DNA of 64,000 nucleotides, from positions 186,001-250,000 of the forward strand of contig AP026146.1 in NCBI GenBank assembly GCA_030295235.1, read 5' to 3'. Position numbers and translations under genes: made by a program. This document shows positions 23,476-36,451 of the stretch, in pieces (the stretch's first letter is position 1; the number at the start of each line of letters is the position of its first letter). The DNA comes from Fistulifera solaris. Lineage: Eukaryota. The notes under the pieces were generated by a model. It was not told where the DNA came from. It did no database searches and saw only the letters and a program-made list of their open reading frames with translations.

Positions 23476-25248
23476 TCATGTCATGACCGGCCTGTTTGCT
23501 TCGTGCCAACCGGGCAATTCCATACTGGATTCGTCGCAAGGAGAATGTCGGTGATGCCACCGATCTTCCGTGTCCAAAATCGATCGATCTCCCGTCAAGG
23601 CAGCAAAATAACAGGACATTTCTTCCAGCGATTTACCCTTGGTTTCGGGAAGATACGACCACAGAAACAAAGCACTTGCGAGACAGATCAATGCCAAGAC
23701 GAAGAAAAATCCGGGCCACGTCAACCATTTTGCCAAACTCAGGAACGACGAGGCCATGAGGGTGGCCATAATACGGTTGGGACTTGAAAACAAATGAGAG
23801 GATATGATGACTCCAGGGTAAACCAAAAAAAAACAGTCCGTGACTTACAGTACGGCCACACACATGCCTTTGGCCCGGATGCTGGTCGCGAAAATCTCGG
23901 AGACGACCACCCAGTTACCCGGTCCGACGCCGATACTGAAGAATGCCAAATACAGGGCTAGCCCCAGAACGGTGCCTGCTTCACTGACATGAGATTGGAA
24001 CAGAAAGGTAATGCTCACAATCACCAAAGCCGCCGCCATGCCTATAAGAGTGGGTGAGCGCCAACAACGAAGGGACACGCCCACATACACGCACGCACAC
24101 ACAGCAATTTGTCGGAAACCTACCACAAAGGGACACGAACAATAGCGGTCGTCGTCCAACTCGATCAAATAAATTGGCTCCAACAAATACGAAGACAAGC
24201 TTCACGAGTCCAAGCACAATTAGCGCTGCTACTTCTCCCAACTCGGTCGCAATACCCGATCCTTTGATCACGAACATGAGATAAAACATGACAGCGTCGA
24301 TTCCCACAGCCTGTTGGATGGTTGCCATTCCAATTCCAACCATCAGCATTCTTTTTACGGCAGGAGATGGAACGAATATGGCGTCTTGAGTTGGAAAGAA
24401 AAGAACATGAGTTTGGTTTACTGGCGGAATGTATCAACACATTTCAACTCACTCCAGCCGACCGCATTGGATGACTGTCGCTCTAATTCAATGGAACTTT
24501 GAATATCATCAACGACATCATCAATGGTATCGCTCGGGTAGATTCGCTCCAAAACGACTCGTGCGGCACTCTCTTGGTTCTGAGAAATGAGCCACTGTGG
24601 CGATTCAGGAAGGAATCCGAGTGCAACCATGAGCACCATGATGATGGGTAAAATTATCCCCGCACCCAACATACAACGCCACTTAATTGCGACACTTTCT
24701 ACAGCATAAAAGACCAGACTGCTGGAAAAACCCAACACCACTCCCAACGCCACACCCGCCTCGGCCCAAGACACCAAACGGCCTCTCACGTGTTTTGGGG
24801 ATATTTCCGCAATGTACATGGGATCGACCGCTTCTCCAACTCCAACGGCGACACCAACAATCATTCGTCCCATCATGAGAGATTCAAACGACGACGACAG
24901 GATCATGACCCCAATTCCCACCAGAAAACCCATCGCTGCTATCACAAACGTTGTCGTTCGACCGTATCGATCGGTCAAATAGGGCGAACCCAAAGCACCA
25001 AAGATGGTCCAAAAATTGAGACTTCCCAAGAACAGTTCCAACTGTACGGGCGTGAGTTCAAAATCGGTAGCAATCAGAGGCCCCGCATTCGTCGAAATAC
25101 CAATATCATATCCTAAATTACACGAGTTAAGGGCCGCACCCAAGGCGTAACCGTACGTCGATCGAGTGACGGGAAATGAAGGATGTTTCACGCGAACATG
25201 CTCAGCATGCGATGATTCTTCTTCTTCTTCTGCCTTGTTCGAGAGCAT
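23476..25248 (-). CDS. MFS sugar-porter family transporter (polyol/inositol-like)
   Basis: GYDIG, DRYGR, YIAEISPKHVRG, PESPQWL, QQAVGID, DRVGRRPL, SEIF..IRAKG, PETKGKSLEE. Three apparent introns. Confidence 0.92.
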
Positions 25249-25797
25249 GACGCCTTGGAAAACTGTTACTTCCAGTAGACATTGGAGGGAGTTCGTTGCA
25301 AACTGACCAGCGCTTCAGTTTCAAGATACGAGTACGTACAACGTAGTGACTACAACAACTTCATCACTTTTTGTAAACCTTCTTCATTATTTTTTGTTTT
25401 TCTTCGAAGATCCTTATTATTTCCCTTTTTGTTGTTGATGTTTTATCGTGTTAATACCGGTACGATGAAAGCACGCTTGCGCCTCCAAGTGCGCTTGCTT
25501 ATTCATTCGATTATTCTTGATTCTTGGTACGATGCAAAGCGTCTCTCTAGAGCACCATTGTGAATTCGACAAGGATTGACAAAAGAGGGAACTTTGGCTA
25601 ATTCATCATTGGACCTACGAAAAACGACCTTTACTAGAGAAACAACGACCCTCCGAAAAACAAAGAATGGCGCACACAAAACGTTTCGTATTCACTAACA
25701 AAGACTACATTCATTTTTCATTCACTGATTGATTCATTCATTCCTCCTCCACTATAATGACTCTGCCTTCGCGTCCCCCCGTCAACAGCCCCTATTA

Positions 25798-26611
25798 TTA
25801 CTGGCAACAACCGGGTGATTTGGAAGATCCGCCACCTTCCGTGGGTGCTAAATGAATGGTTCGATTGTCGGTCGTTGTACTCGCACCATCGGTGCTGGGT
25901 GCCCTCCTCCCTCCAAGTAATCATCAATTCGTTTGTGTTTGATCGTCGTTGCGAGTGCCGTAAACATGGATTCCACATTTTGACCCGTCAATGCGGACGA
26001 TTCAAAGAATTGCACACCGTATTCATCCGCCAGTTGTTTCCCTTCCTCGTACGTCACAACCCGATCATTATCGAGATCACATTTATTGCCGCACAATACA
26101 ATGTCACAATCCGGTGGCGCCCGTGTCTTGATATCACGCATCCAACCAATGACGTGATCGAAGGACGGTCGATTCGATATATCGTAGGTCAAAACAAAGC
26201 CATCAGCGCGACCAAAGAAATTGGAAGTGAGACTGCGAAATCGTTCTTGTCCCGCCGTGTCCCACAATTGCAGTCGCATGGGGGCTCCTTCAATCTGTAT
26301 GTATTATTGCGACGAAGAATAGAAAATCGAAATGGGCCAGAACATCGTACAACAAATCAAATGAAGTGAGATGCAAAGAATTTGTTTGGCTGACTACCTT
26401 ATAATGGATAACGCACCTTGACCATTTTGTCTCGATAATCGACACCGATGGTTGTAACAAACTTGGTCGAAAAGACATTCTGATCGAATCGCAAGACGAG
26501 CGACGTTTTGCCGCACGCTGAATCTCCTACCATCAATAATCGTACAATGTAAGCGCCTTTGGCGCCCATTTGTAAAGGACGTGGTTGTGTTGAAGTGGTG
26601 TTGTTGTCCAT
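25798..26611 (-). CDS. Rab GTPase (Rab8/Sec4-like, divergent)
   Basis: GDSACGKT, TTIGVDY, intron, WDTAGQERF, GNKCD, ESSA. The prenylation end SKSPGCCQ* at 25798 is reached after one frameshift. Confidence 0.9.
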
Positions 26612-27173
26612 ATTATTGTTTTGTAAATTGTTTTGTTTCTTTCGTTTGTTTTGGGTATATATATATTTCTGGTGAATGTTGGTTTCACACACCAAGCAAT
26701 AATAACAATAATATGATGCGGGGGTGTGCCACCCAAAGTGCAACACACGCAGCGTCTCCGCAGTTTGCAACCGTTGGAAACAGTCGATCGAAAAACATAG
26801 CCGCAACGTCGAGCGCGCGCGCGCCGGAACGGTCACGACCGAATGACGGACGTCATACGATTCTCACCATTACCAATACTGTACAATGGGGTACACTGGC
26901 GTCGGTAATCCGAAAGAACATACTTGTCACACAGCAACAAGAAATGCTTCATTATCTTTCCTTTCGAACTCTCGCGCCGATCGCGACGACGACGACGACG
27001 ACAAGAAGGAAATGGCAACCAAAAAAAATAAAGCACTATAACATTAAAATATCGACAACATACTTATCTGTGTAACGCAGGTGAAAACATCTTGTTCCTT
27101 TGACATTCCAGTGGCGTGACGGTGGGTGTTCTTTTCTGTGAGCGAATGGTCGTTGCAATTATCTCCAAAAGTA

Positions 27174-29146
27174 ATGACTTTGTCTTCGTCTTCTTCTTCT
27201 TCTGAAGCTTCCAATGATGATGATGACAGTAGCTCATCGTCATGGGAATTGGAACACTTTGAAGAACGATCCCGTAAGGTGAATGATACGGACTCGATGA
27301 TACCAAAACTAGAAACAGAAACAGTTCCTCCCGATCAGGAACGACAGTTGTTGTTGTTAATGCTGTTGGCGCAAGTCTGTGCTTTGCATGATCCAACTCC
27401 ACGAACGTTTACGGTGCATGTGCTGGAATTGTTTGAGCGAGGTATTTTGGATCGACAGTCGATCCATTTTCTGTTCGAGTTGGGATTGGTTCCGTCGTCG
27501 CAACGACGCCTGCTGGGGTCCAGTCCAGAACTGGCCCTGGTATCCGAACCCATCCAGCAGCGATCCATGGAGGCTTCGGCGATACGAACGAGCTTGGAAC
27601 ATTTAGATAGCACGACACGTCAGAAGCAATACGTGAGATATACATCGTCATGGTCCGATCCGGGCCCACAGTCATGGACGGCCGAATCCCATCCACTGAG
27701 TCTGTCGCGCTACCAAAGAGAGTTTCGTCAAGTCGGATTACTCGCGTCGGGAGCCTTTGGGCAGGTGTTCCATGTAACCAGTAAGATGGATGGATTTGAT
27801 TACGCCATCAAGCGGATTGCTTTTTCCGCCAAAGGATATTCCAAAGAATCGGTCCAGCAGGTCGTTCGCGAAGTGCAGTGTCTGGCCGTTTGCGATCACC
27901 CCAATGTCGTACGGTATTACACCAGCTGGCTGGAACCCAGTTGGATGACGGGATCGGGACGCCGTGATGATGCTACAGACGACGACGACGATACCAGACG
28001 CCACAATCTTCTCTTGGGATTGCATGATGTAGTGAATGGCAAAAAAGAATCCGATTCGCTTTCGGAAGGGCTGCAGGATTATTTCAAAGATCCTAGTCTA
28101 GGACGACGCTCGGATCAACGGAGATTTTCGTTCGATGATAGCTATGATGCATCGACGTGGGAATTGCATCATGAAGAAGAAACTGCAAGTATCTGGGACG
28201 CGGAGGATGACCTTTTCGTACGAGATGACTCGTTTGTTTCCTCAGCGCCACCGAAACGCGGCACTCCTGCAGCCAAGAAAAATGATTACAGCTATCAAAT
28301 ATGTCTCTTTATTCAAATGCAGCTTTGTCATCCAAAAACATTGGCAGACTGGATACGACTGAGGAATCAAGAACGGCAATCCGACTCGGTACAGGATCGC
28401 ATTGAGGTAGCGGCACAGGTCTTTGATCAAATTGTGGCGGGTTTGTGTCATGTGCACGGGAAAGGGATTGTTCATCGAGATTTGAAGCCGGCCAACATTT
28501 TTACTAGCGTCGAGGATGGTTTGATATTCAAAATTGGAGATTTTGGGTTGAGTAAGTTGATTCAGACAGCATCGCGACAGGGCACACTCTCGACTCGGCG
28601 CTCTTTTTGATGCTCGACCATGAATCAGAGTTGCGTCAGGAAACAGATGACACCTTGGCCAGCAAGTTTGTACTGGATTGGAATGACCCGCACACCGCCG
28701 GAGTCGGTACAGCGTCGTATGCTGCTCCCGAGCAAGTGAGCAGTCGCGAGTATGGAACCAAAGCCGATGTGTTTAGCTTGGGCTTGATTCTTTTGGAACT
28801 GTTGTGCAGCTTTTCGACGGAACACGAACGACTTTTGACGTTTCGGGACTGCCGACAAGGCCGTAAACTCCCCACCGAACTCTCCAAATACAAAGTGGCA
28901 TCAGAGATTATTCTTTCGTGCACGAATTCCAATCCCGACTTACGTCCCTCCGCTGCGGAGTTATTGGGTCGTGACATTCGTCCGGCTCGAAAAACAGCAG
29001 ACGATCTAGCAGGACTGCTGGAAAAGACATTAGCCGATCAACGAAAAGAAATTGAGCGATGTCATGAAGAAATGGCAAAGAAAGATCGCATCATTGCCGA
29101 ACTATCGGCTCAGCTGGCGCGTGTTTCCGCTGAGAATACCCAATAG
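27174..29146 (+). CDS. eIF2-alpha kinase (HRI/PEK family)
   Basis: SRYQREF..SGAFGQV..YAIKRI, HPNVVRYYTSW, a long kinase insert, LFIQMQLC, HRDLKPANIF, DFGL, GVGTASYAAPEQ and a C-terminal coiled coil. Frameshift near 28600. Confidence 0.9.
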
Positions 29147-29256
29147 ACTAGTATTATTAGAGTTTTAGAGTTTTGTTTTCATAATGTTTTGCATCTTATC
29201 TTAGATATCAATCTCCACCAACAACGGATCGTTTCTCTCCGTTGTTTATGTGATGT

Positions 29257-29739
29257 CTACAGGAAAGTAGCCCAAAATCCTTGAATCCACGGTTCTACTT
29301 CTTCCAAGCCGGTTCGCTCGTCAGCGAGTACCAATGGATACCAGCGTCTTCCACCCAGTGCCGCCAACCGCGCATCCAGAGCTTGCGCTACCTGGTTGCA
29401 ATCTTTCGCTGTCGTCGTTTGTCGATCCAGTAGTAAGTTGGAATCTCCCAATCCAAGGACCGTGTAGGCGAAATGCAACAGATCCGTCGGGTGCGTCTTT
29501 CGTTGGAAGAAACGTACACAGGTACCACCGGGCTCGGTCGGAGCGGCATTTTCGACAGTTTGCATGATAAAACAAAGGACGGTATCTTCCCCGTAATGTA
29601 ACAAGGTGCTCGGACGTTCCGATGCACATCTCACTTCGATAACAAGATCGTTTTTGGCGGGTCTTTGCGCCACTACTTGCTCCGCCACATCTTTAGCGAG
29701 CTCTCCGCCGTGAATAATTACTACTTTGGATATTGTCAT
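29257..29739 (-). CDS. Stand-alone flavodoxin-like protein resembling the FMN domain of methionine synthase reductase
   Basis: YTVLGLGDSN...LDARLAALGG...ADERTGLEEVEPWI. Confidence 0.75.
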   Translation of the reverse strand: MTISKVVIIHGGELAKDVAEQVVAQRPAKNDLVIEVRCASERPSTLLHYGEDTVLCFIMQTVENAAPTEPGGTCVRFFQRKTHPTDLLHFAYTVLGLGDSNLLLDRQTTTAKDCNQVAQALDARLAALGGRRWYPLVLADERTGLEEVEPWIQGFWATFL

Positions 29740-30143
29740 GATGTGGAAGTTGTCTTATTGTTTTGACGGCGACTCACCCACCCCACCGCACAAGAATTGT
29801 GTGCAAAAAAATGGGAGAAGCGTCGTTTGGCGGGCCCGTGTGTGTCTCGCACGTGACTTCTATCATCAATACTGTCGGTGATGCTATCTACAGTGATTCA
29901 GTAGGAGGTATCATTAGGCGCGCTTTTCCCAACGGAAACATGTTGCAACGGCTCAACAAGAACATCCTCATCCCTCGTCGTCATCTGCTTCATTGTTGTT
30001 GATGCTGAATAACTCCTTTTTCATTTTTTTTTGAAACTTGGACAATTGAACAAGAATAACATTTACTCGAAGAACGAACGAATAATCAACTATCCAACTT
30101 ACAAATATCTACCACTCAAAAACGAAATCTTCACAATCAAAAA

Positions 30144-30345
30144 CCAAATGTGACGGACGAAGAATGCATTTCGCTGATTTATTCATTTCTTTAAGCAACG
30201 CCACAAAAATGGCCGTTTCTCGAAGGGTGTCTTGGACGAGGTAGCAATTTCCTTTTCAAAAATCTCGCATACGGAGTCTTTGGAAGCAATCGCGTGGAAC
30301 CTTAGCCGATCCTTCCGCAGTGGTGAGTCGCAAGATGTGTCGGGG
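30144..30345 (+). mobile_element. Decayed N-terminus of a plant/stramenopile-type (DD39D) mariner transposase
   Basis: Across frameshifts it reads PNVTDEECISLIYSFL/KQRHKNGRFSKGVLDEVAISFS/RIRSLWKQSRGTLADPSAVVSRKMCRG. This resembles the N-terminal HTH region of Soymar/Osmar-like transposases. No DDD domain or TIR pair found. Confidence 0.55.
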
Positions 30346-30568
30346 AACCGTAGCGATTAAGGTGGCGCACACCGGTAGTATTCGAATACTGGTTGGTTCA
30401 TTGTGAAGTACCGGTCTAATAACCCCCAAGAGCCATACTCATTCGAGATCCGAAATTCTGGCATTCGGGAACAAGCCAAACATTCAACTCACAACCAGGC
30501 ATTCATTAATCATCCATTCACCCAGAATACAAGACGGCACGAATTTGCAGCTTCTCAATAGCAAAACA

Positions 30569-31624
30569 ATGGACACTTATTATGTCGCTCGCTTATTCCT
30601 CCGGTCCCTGCAAGATGATGCGCCCTTCTACGAAGATTGTTACGAAGTACTTGTGTGCGCTGCTTGTCACAATGGACCCGGTGTAACCGGCTGTTCACGT
30701 TGTTAGACAGCGTGGTACTGCAGCCGCACTTGCCGAAAAAAGCTCATTATTCCAACGGACACAAACAAATTTGTTGTGCGGTCGTTGAAGCGCAGAATCG
30801 CGTCGAACGAATGGCGATTCCGCTGGGTCTGTTGTTGGAAACGCAAGTGGGAAATTTCGCTTTGCGACGGGAAAACGCATGCTTACATGGTAGCCTGCTG
30901 CGATCTAGTACATACTTATGCACAGGCCGCCCAGACCGCGGCATCGAATGATGTCTGGAAAAAAGCTCTTTTTCATGCCTTGGAAGTGCAGAGATTGGAG
31001 ATGATGGGGCCACTGGAGATAACCAGCGTGACTCCTTTCCTCCTGTTGAATCTACACCGGGACGATGATGCGTTTGATTTTATGCGATACTGGATGTAAA
31101 AGCGTGCCGCATTGATGCCGTACCACGCTGGAACTGGATTTATCCCCGCGAATCGATTTCGTAACTTCTTTGAAGCATGTCCGGGTCGCAGCGATCGAAA
31201 TGCGCCCGTGGAATTCCTTGTGGCCCTCCTCATTATCAAATGTCGCATTATCGCAACTCATGATGTCACTTGCATGTCTATTAATCTAGCCTTTGGGACC
31301 GCAAATGGGCAACGCATTCACGAGGTCAAGCGTGCAGTGACTGAAATGGTGATGGACGGTGACTTGGTGAATGTTAAGAGCCAGCGCTAGAAAGCCGACT
31401 AACTGGTCGATGCGATTCACCGAGAGAACTCCATCATACTTCCAGCAATCCTCAACCCGGCCCCACTCTTGAATAGTGAACTTCCGCAGAGCGGTGCTCG
31501 AGATGTGCAGTGTGAGGAGGCTTTGAATGTGCTTATGTTTTGCGCGCGCTGTGTTCTTCGTGTGTCTGGCGCACAAGAAATGCTCGAACGGCGCTTCGGA
31601 GAAAGTCCCTGGTACATTATGTAA
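30569..31624 (+). pseudogene. MYND zinc-finger protein pseudogene
   Basis: CAAC..CSRC*TAWYCSRTC../AHY..HKQIC is a MYND finger, followed by LETQVGNF, KALFHALEVQRL and PFLLLNLHRDDDAFDFMRYWM. In-frame stops at 30704, 31097 and 31388, plus frameshifts. Confidence 0.8.
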
Positions 31625-32111
31625 TTGAAACGCGGATTGTGTCGAAGTGATACGGAGTAATTGATTTAGAGATAAGAAGAAAAACTTCTTTTTACGACAG
31701 TCGCCGCGCTTTCGTTTGTTTTTGAAGTTCAAGGTGAACAGGAATGCTGAATCCTCTGTCCCGTCAACAAGAATTAGTCGAAGGTTCTATACTAGAAGCG
31801 TCTCATAATTAACGTAATTTAATGATCCACACATCCGAGTGTAGAGTGTATTTATGTTACTACCCTTTATTACTTGGATTGCACTCTAGACCTTAGTTTC
31901 TATAAAACAAGAAAATACTAATTGCTCGATACGTTCTCCTGTCGCGCATGCAGTTTGCGGTGACATTGAGGCTCATAAAGGCTGCGGCGGGTCGGTTCCA
32001 ACCCCGTTGCAGTTCAAGAACCGACGGAATGCGCCTGTCGATTGTACACCATTTTTGTTCTTATCATGTAATTGTCGAGTATAGTCCGTTGTATGAAGGT
32101 GAATTGAATAT

Positions 32112-34761
32112 CTAAGCATCCCATCTGCTACCCTTCTTTTGCTCCTCAAACTGCCGAAAGAGTCTACGGAACTCTTCAAAACTTACTTGACCATCTTCAT
32201 CAACATCGACAAACTTCAACAATGCTACAATTTCTTCAATGGGGAAGTTGGGATCCATGCGGTGCATCAATTGGCGCACTTCGTCCAAATTCAAAGACCC
32301 AGACTTGTCTGCATCAGATTCATGAAAGGCTTTTACCAAGTCATCATCGGTGAGGCCACGCTTCTTCGAAAGTGAATACGCTTTGACGGCTTTCTTGAAC
32401 AATCGCTTTCGACAAATATTCCGAAAGGAAGCGGCCATTTCCGGTGTCGACTCGGCTACAGCCAAAAAGTCTTCGGCCTGCATTTCGGATAATCGACATA
32501 CATCTGAAACGCATTCGACCGTCGATCTTTCAATATCACAATATTGTCAGCTCAAGATAAGCACGCACCACAAACGCCACAAGCTTTGTTTACTTACGAT
32601 CGAGGTCTTTTGAAAGAAGCGATGACTCGCCAAACGAGTCTCCTGGAAAATACTTGTGAACCAAGGTCCCATTATGCGATACATGTAATTCGCCTCCATC
32701 TTCATCATCAACTCGAAACATGGATGTTCCGGGGTCGCCTTCTTTATATACAACCTCTCCTTTCGTATAGGTTCGAGGAATAATGTTCTTTTGTAAGCGA
32801 AGCAGATTCTTGGCATATTGAAGTTGCCGTCCACGCCACCGAACTTTCAAGTCATTCTTCACTTTGGAACTGGTAGTTAAATACCTATCAAAATCTTCTC
32901 GTTTGATTTCTATAACGTCAACAGGTGTAGCGCATTTAGCCGAAGTAAACCGGCCTCGATGTTCTTCTAGAAGACTCCCTTCGCCAAAAAAATCACCAGA
33001 TCGAAGAATGGATACCAGCTGTCCTTTTCTTGTTTGAATTTCAACCTTTCCCGAACTTAGAAAATACATAGAATCCCCATCGTCACCAGCGTGAAAAATG
33101 TAATGGCCACGAGGGAAATGTTTTTGGTGCAAACCGGAAAACAGCTTGTTGAATTGTGATAAAGACAGATTCGACGCAGCCGAGGATATGTCGCCACTTT
33201 GCGTGGCCAAAAATTCCTTCGTATCGCTCGATGATATGAGAGTACCTGTCCGTTCGCTGGCAATGCGACTCAAATCATCCGAAGTGACAAATCCTCGTCC
33301 TTCGGCATCAAAAATGGCAAAGGCTCTCTGCATGATATTATGGGTACCTTTGTTGTCTCTCCGATCGTCCGAATCGTCGTGCTTCGACCGAGCTTCCGAC
33401 ATTGTGGCACCTTCATTTCCTTGACTCACAAGAACGGCAAACATACCCGCTTCCAATTTGGACCGAAGGTCTTTGAACCGTGACAACTTTTTGTCGGAAT
33501 CTTGAATCTTTTCTTTCAGTGCGGTTTCTCCACGAACCCACGGGTGTTGAAGCATTTCGTAAGCTGTCAGTCTCTTGTTGGGATCTTTCTCCATGAGCTT
33601 TTTAATCAAATCGATGGCGGATTCGGATAGGTGACCAACCAAATGATGATCTAACGGAGGGGATGGATCTGCTTTGATTCGTTCTTCGATTTCTTCATCT
33701 GTCGACAACCCTCGTAAATCAAAGGGATGTACACCTGTCAACATAATGTACAGAATGACTCCAACCGACCACATATCCATAGCGGGTGTCGCTTCTCCGT
33801 CATTGCCAAACCGTTCCTTCGGCCAGTACGCTGTGGTGCCGGTCGAAGCCGCCGATGATGTCGTGCTTGGTGTAGCCTGTTCCGTACTATTTTTGGAATG
33901 ATCCAATTCGTCATCTCTGATTTGTGCGCATCCAAAATCAATCATTTTAATGGTCCCATCGAGTCTGTTTTTGGTCGAAAGCAGCAAATTTTCCGGCTTG
34001 AGATCGGCATGTACTACCCCGACGCCATGTAAAAACGCCAACGCACTGGCCACTTCTTGAATCAATCGCGCAGCATCCGCTTCCGAATATGCCCCAAAAT
34101 GAATCAAATGTTCAAACATTTCTCCTCCCGACACGAGATCCAATATTAAGTAAAAATAACTGTGATCTTCGTACATGTCCCGCAATCCCGAAATATTCGG
34201 ATGCCCCCCATTGTCGTAAATCCGCAACAGGGCATCCGTTTCCGTCTTGAATCCCGACGAATTGGTATACCGACGCGAAATCTTTTTGAGGGCGACTTTT
34301 TCTCCCGTCGCGGCGACTCGGGCCGGATAGACCATCCCGTACGCTCCTTCTCCGAGTACCGTATCCCAATCAATGGTATACTTTTCGGTCAATCCCCGTC
34401 CTTTCATCGACCGCATCCGATGCAACATGACATTCCGAGGTTCCTTGCGGGGTTCACAGGACGACGACAAATTGGGTAAAGGAGGTAAAGGATACGGTTC
34501 TTCCAAGGCGGCATTCCGGGCCTCGGACCATACGACGGCGTCCGGGTGAGGAGGCGAGGTACGACTGGCGTAATACGCACTGGCTCCGGCAACTATCAGA
34601 CTGGCTGTATATAACAGTGATGACCGACTATTCTCCGTGCCCTGTGATTGTGAAGAAAGAACCGACATGCATCGTAGTGATCGCACTTTTGATGATGGTT
34701 GGCTCGAGAGGGAAACGAATCTTGCCGTCACAACTTGTCGTAATGCCAACATGCGACTCAT
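32112..34761 (-). CDS. CaMK/CDPK-type kinase with EF-hands and two cyclic-nucleotide-binding domains
   Basis: LGEGAYG, HADLKPEN, DFG; EF-hand DAEGRGFVTSDD; cNMP1 GDFFGEGSLL; cNMP2 GDSFGESSLL..PRS|STV across an intron at about 32597-32527; C-terminal EF-hands DADKSGSLNLDE and DVDEDGQVSFEE. Confidence 0.9.
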
Positions 34762-35404
34762 GACGTTTTGCAAATCAAGAAAGTAAAGCTCTCTCTCTTT
34801 CTCTCTTCCTTTCTACTTATTTCTATTTCTCTATATTGATAATTTTGTTTTTAACGAAAGCTTTTCAAAATTGAGCCACACCGAATCGTTTCGAAAAAGC
34901 TTTCCCCTTCTTTTTGCCATCAAGAAACAAAATCGCCTTCATGTTTCCTTTTCTCGTATTTTTCGCCGTCGAAACAGGCCAATGATCCATTTTCGTTTTT
35001 ACTATGACTTACAGTGTTGCTGCATGCGCTTTTTCAAACGCGGTGTCGTCGTCGTAGTGTTACTCCTAGTATCGAACGCTGTGTACCTGGGGGAATTCCT
35101 GTACAAACTACAAACACATCCACGCGTCATTTCCCACGCGCGAACGAATCCGGGACTGGGAATTCGTTGGGCCGAAAAACCAAAACTGAGAAAAGGGCAT
35201 CTAGCTAGAGGCAAGGACCATGCACCTAGGATCTTTTAGCTCTTTCCTTTCGACCACTAACAATGAAAAACAAGGATACGTTCAAGTCTAGAGTTTCGAG
35301 GAGTCGTCATCAAGCGCGTGCAAAAATCATTAGTCAAACTTATATTGTTTGATGTGGGTGTAAGGTACCTGTCATGTCCGCCTGGATTCTTTGTTTCCTG
35401 CTCA

Positions 35405-36124
35405 TCATGTCCAAACATTGTTGACATCGGCAGGAATCGTCACGATAATGGGAGAATCATCATCTATTTGCTGCAAAAGATCCGGAGTCAGTCGAATTTG
35501 ACAACCGAGTCGGGATTCCATTTTGGGTTCATAGGCTAAATCCAGCATGTCCAGTTCACCTTTATCGGGTGGAGGAACCAACGATAGTAGCTTCTCGTCT
35601 AAATACACATGACAGGTGCAGCAACTATACATACTTCAAGTGTGAGAGAAAAAGGAAACCCGTCCATAATTTGCCGGGACACACACGCGATGACCGACGC
35701 ACCTCTTTTGCCCTCCACAGGTACCTTCCATGTATTCTCCTAACAATACAGCACCGTCGGGAGATTTGGCGACATCCAGTATGGAGTCACCGAGTCGCCA
35801 CGGAAGATCGAATTCGCTTTTATGATGCGGAATACGAAAGTGGAGCATTCGAGAAAGTCGATGGTGGCGAAGAGGACGATCGCGCTGTTCCAATTTCACC
35901 GATTCGGCCAATGCTTTCAGACCTTCGATTCCAAAACTTTTCAAATGAGAGACTTCAATCTGTTTTCCGTAAACAGTCTGCAGAGCAACGAAGATACCGG
36001 CCTGCAAGTTCTCGTCGTCGATGCCGACCTGTTCTTTCAAAAAGGCACTGGCTGGATCGGAATGGGAGCTCATCCATCTGTGCCTCAGAAATGAGGGAGA
36101 AAATGTTCTCCGTATTCGAATCAT
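35405..36124 (-). CDS. Adrenodoxin-type 2Fe-2S ferredoxin, probably mitochondrial
   Basis: Exons 36124-35703 and 35624-35405. EGTCGGQKS|CCTCHV, ELDMLD, SRLGCQ. Confidence 0.9.
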
Positions 36125-36451
36125 AATAGATACAGTGTTATATCAGGGTATAATAGTGTGCCCATTTCGTTCAATGAAGGGCATCTAAAAAAAGCATTGC
36201 GCGTATTCTTTTCTCGCTTTTTTGTTGTAAAAAATCTCTTTCTCACACCGTTGAATTATTGTACGCGTCGATGACGGTCAAAACGTGACTGATGATTTTT
36301 GGAAATAGTGACTGGACTACGGATCAGTACCGCGTCAAACATAGCTCCAACGAAACGGCATTATCACAACTACCCTAGATTATTATTTGTTTATAGATGC
36401 GTACTACTCGTTTTAAAGAGGTTCCGTCCCCTTTACTATAGTGTTGGTTAG

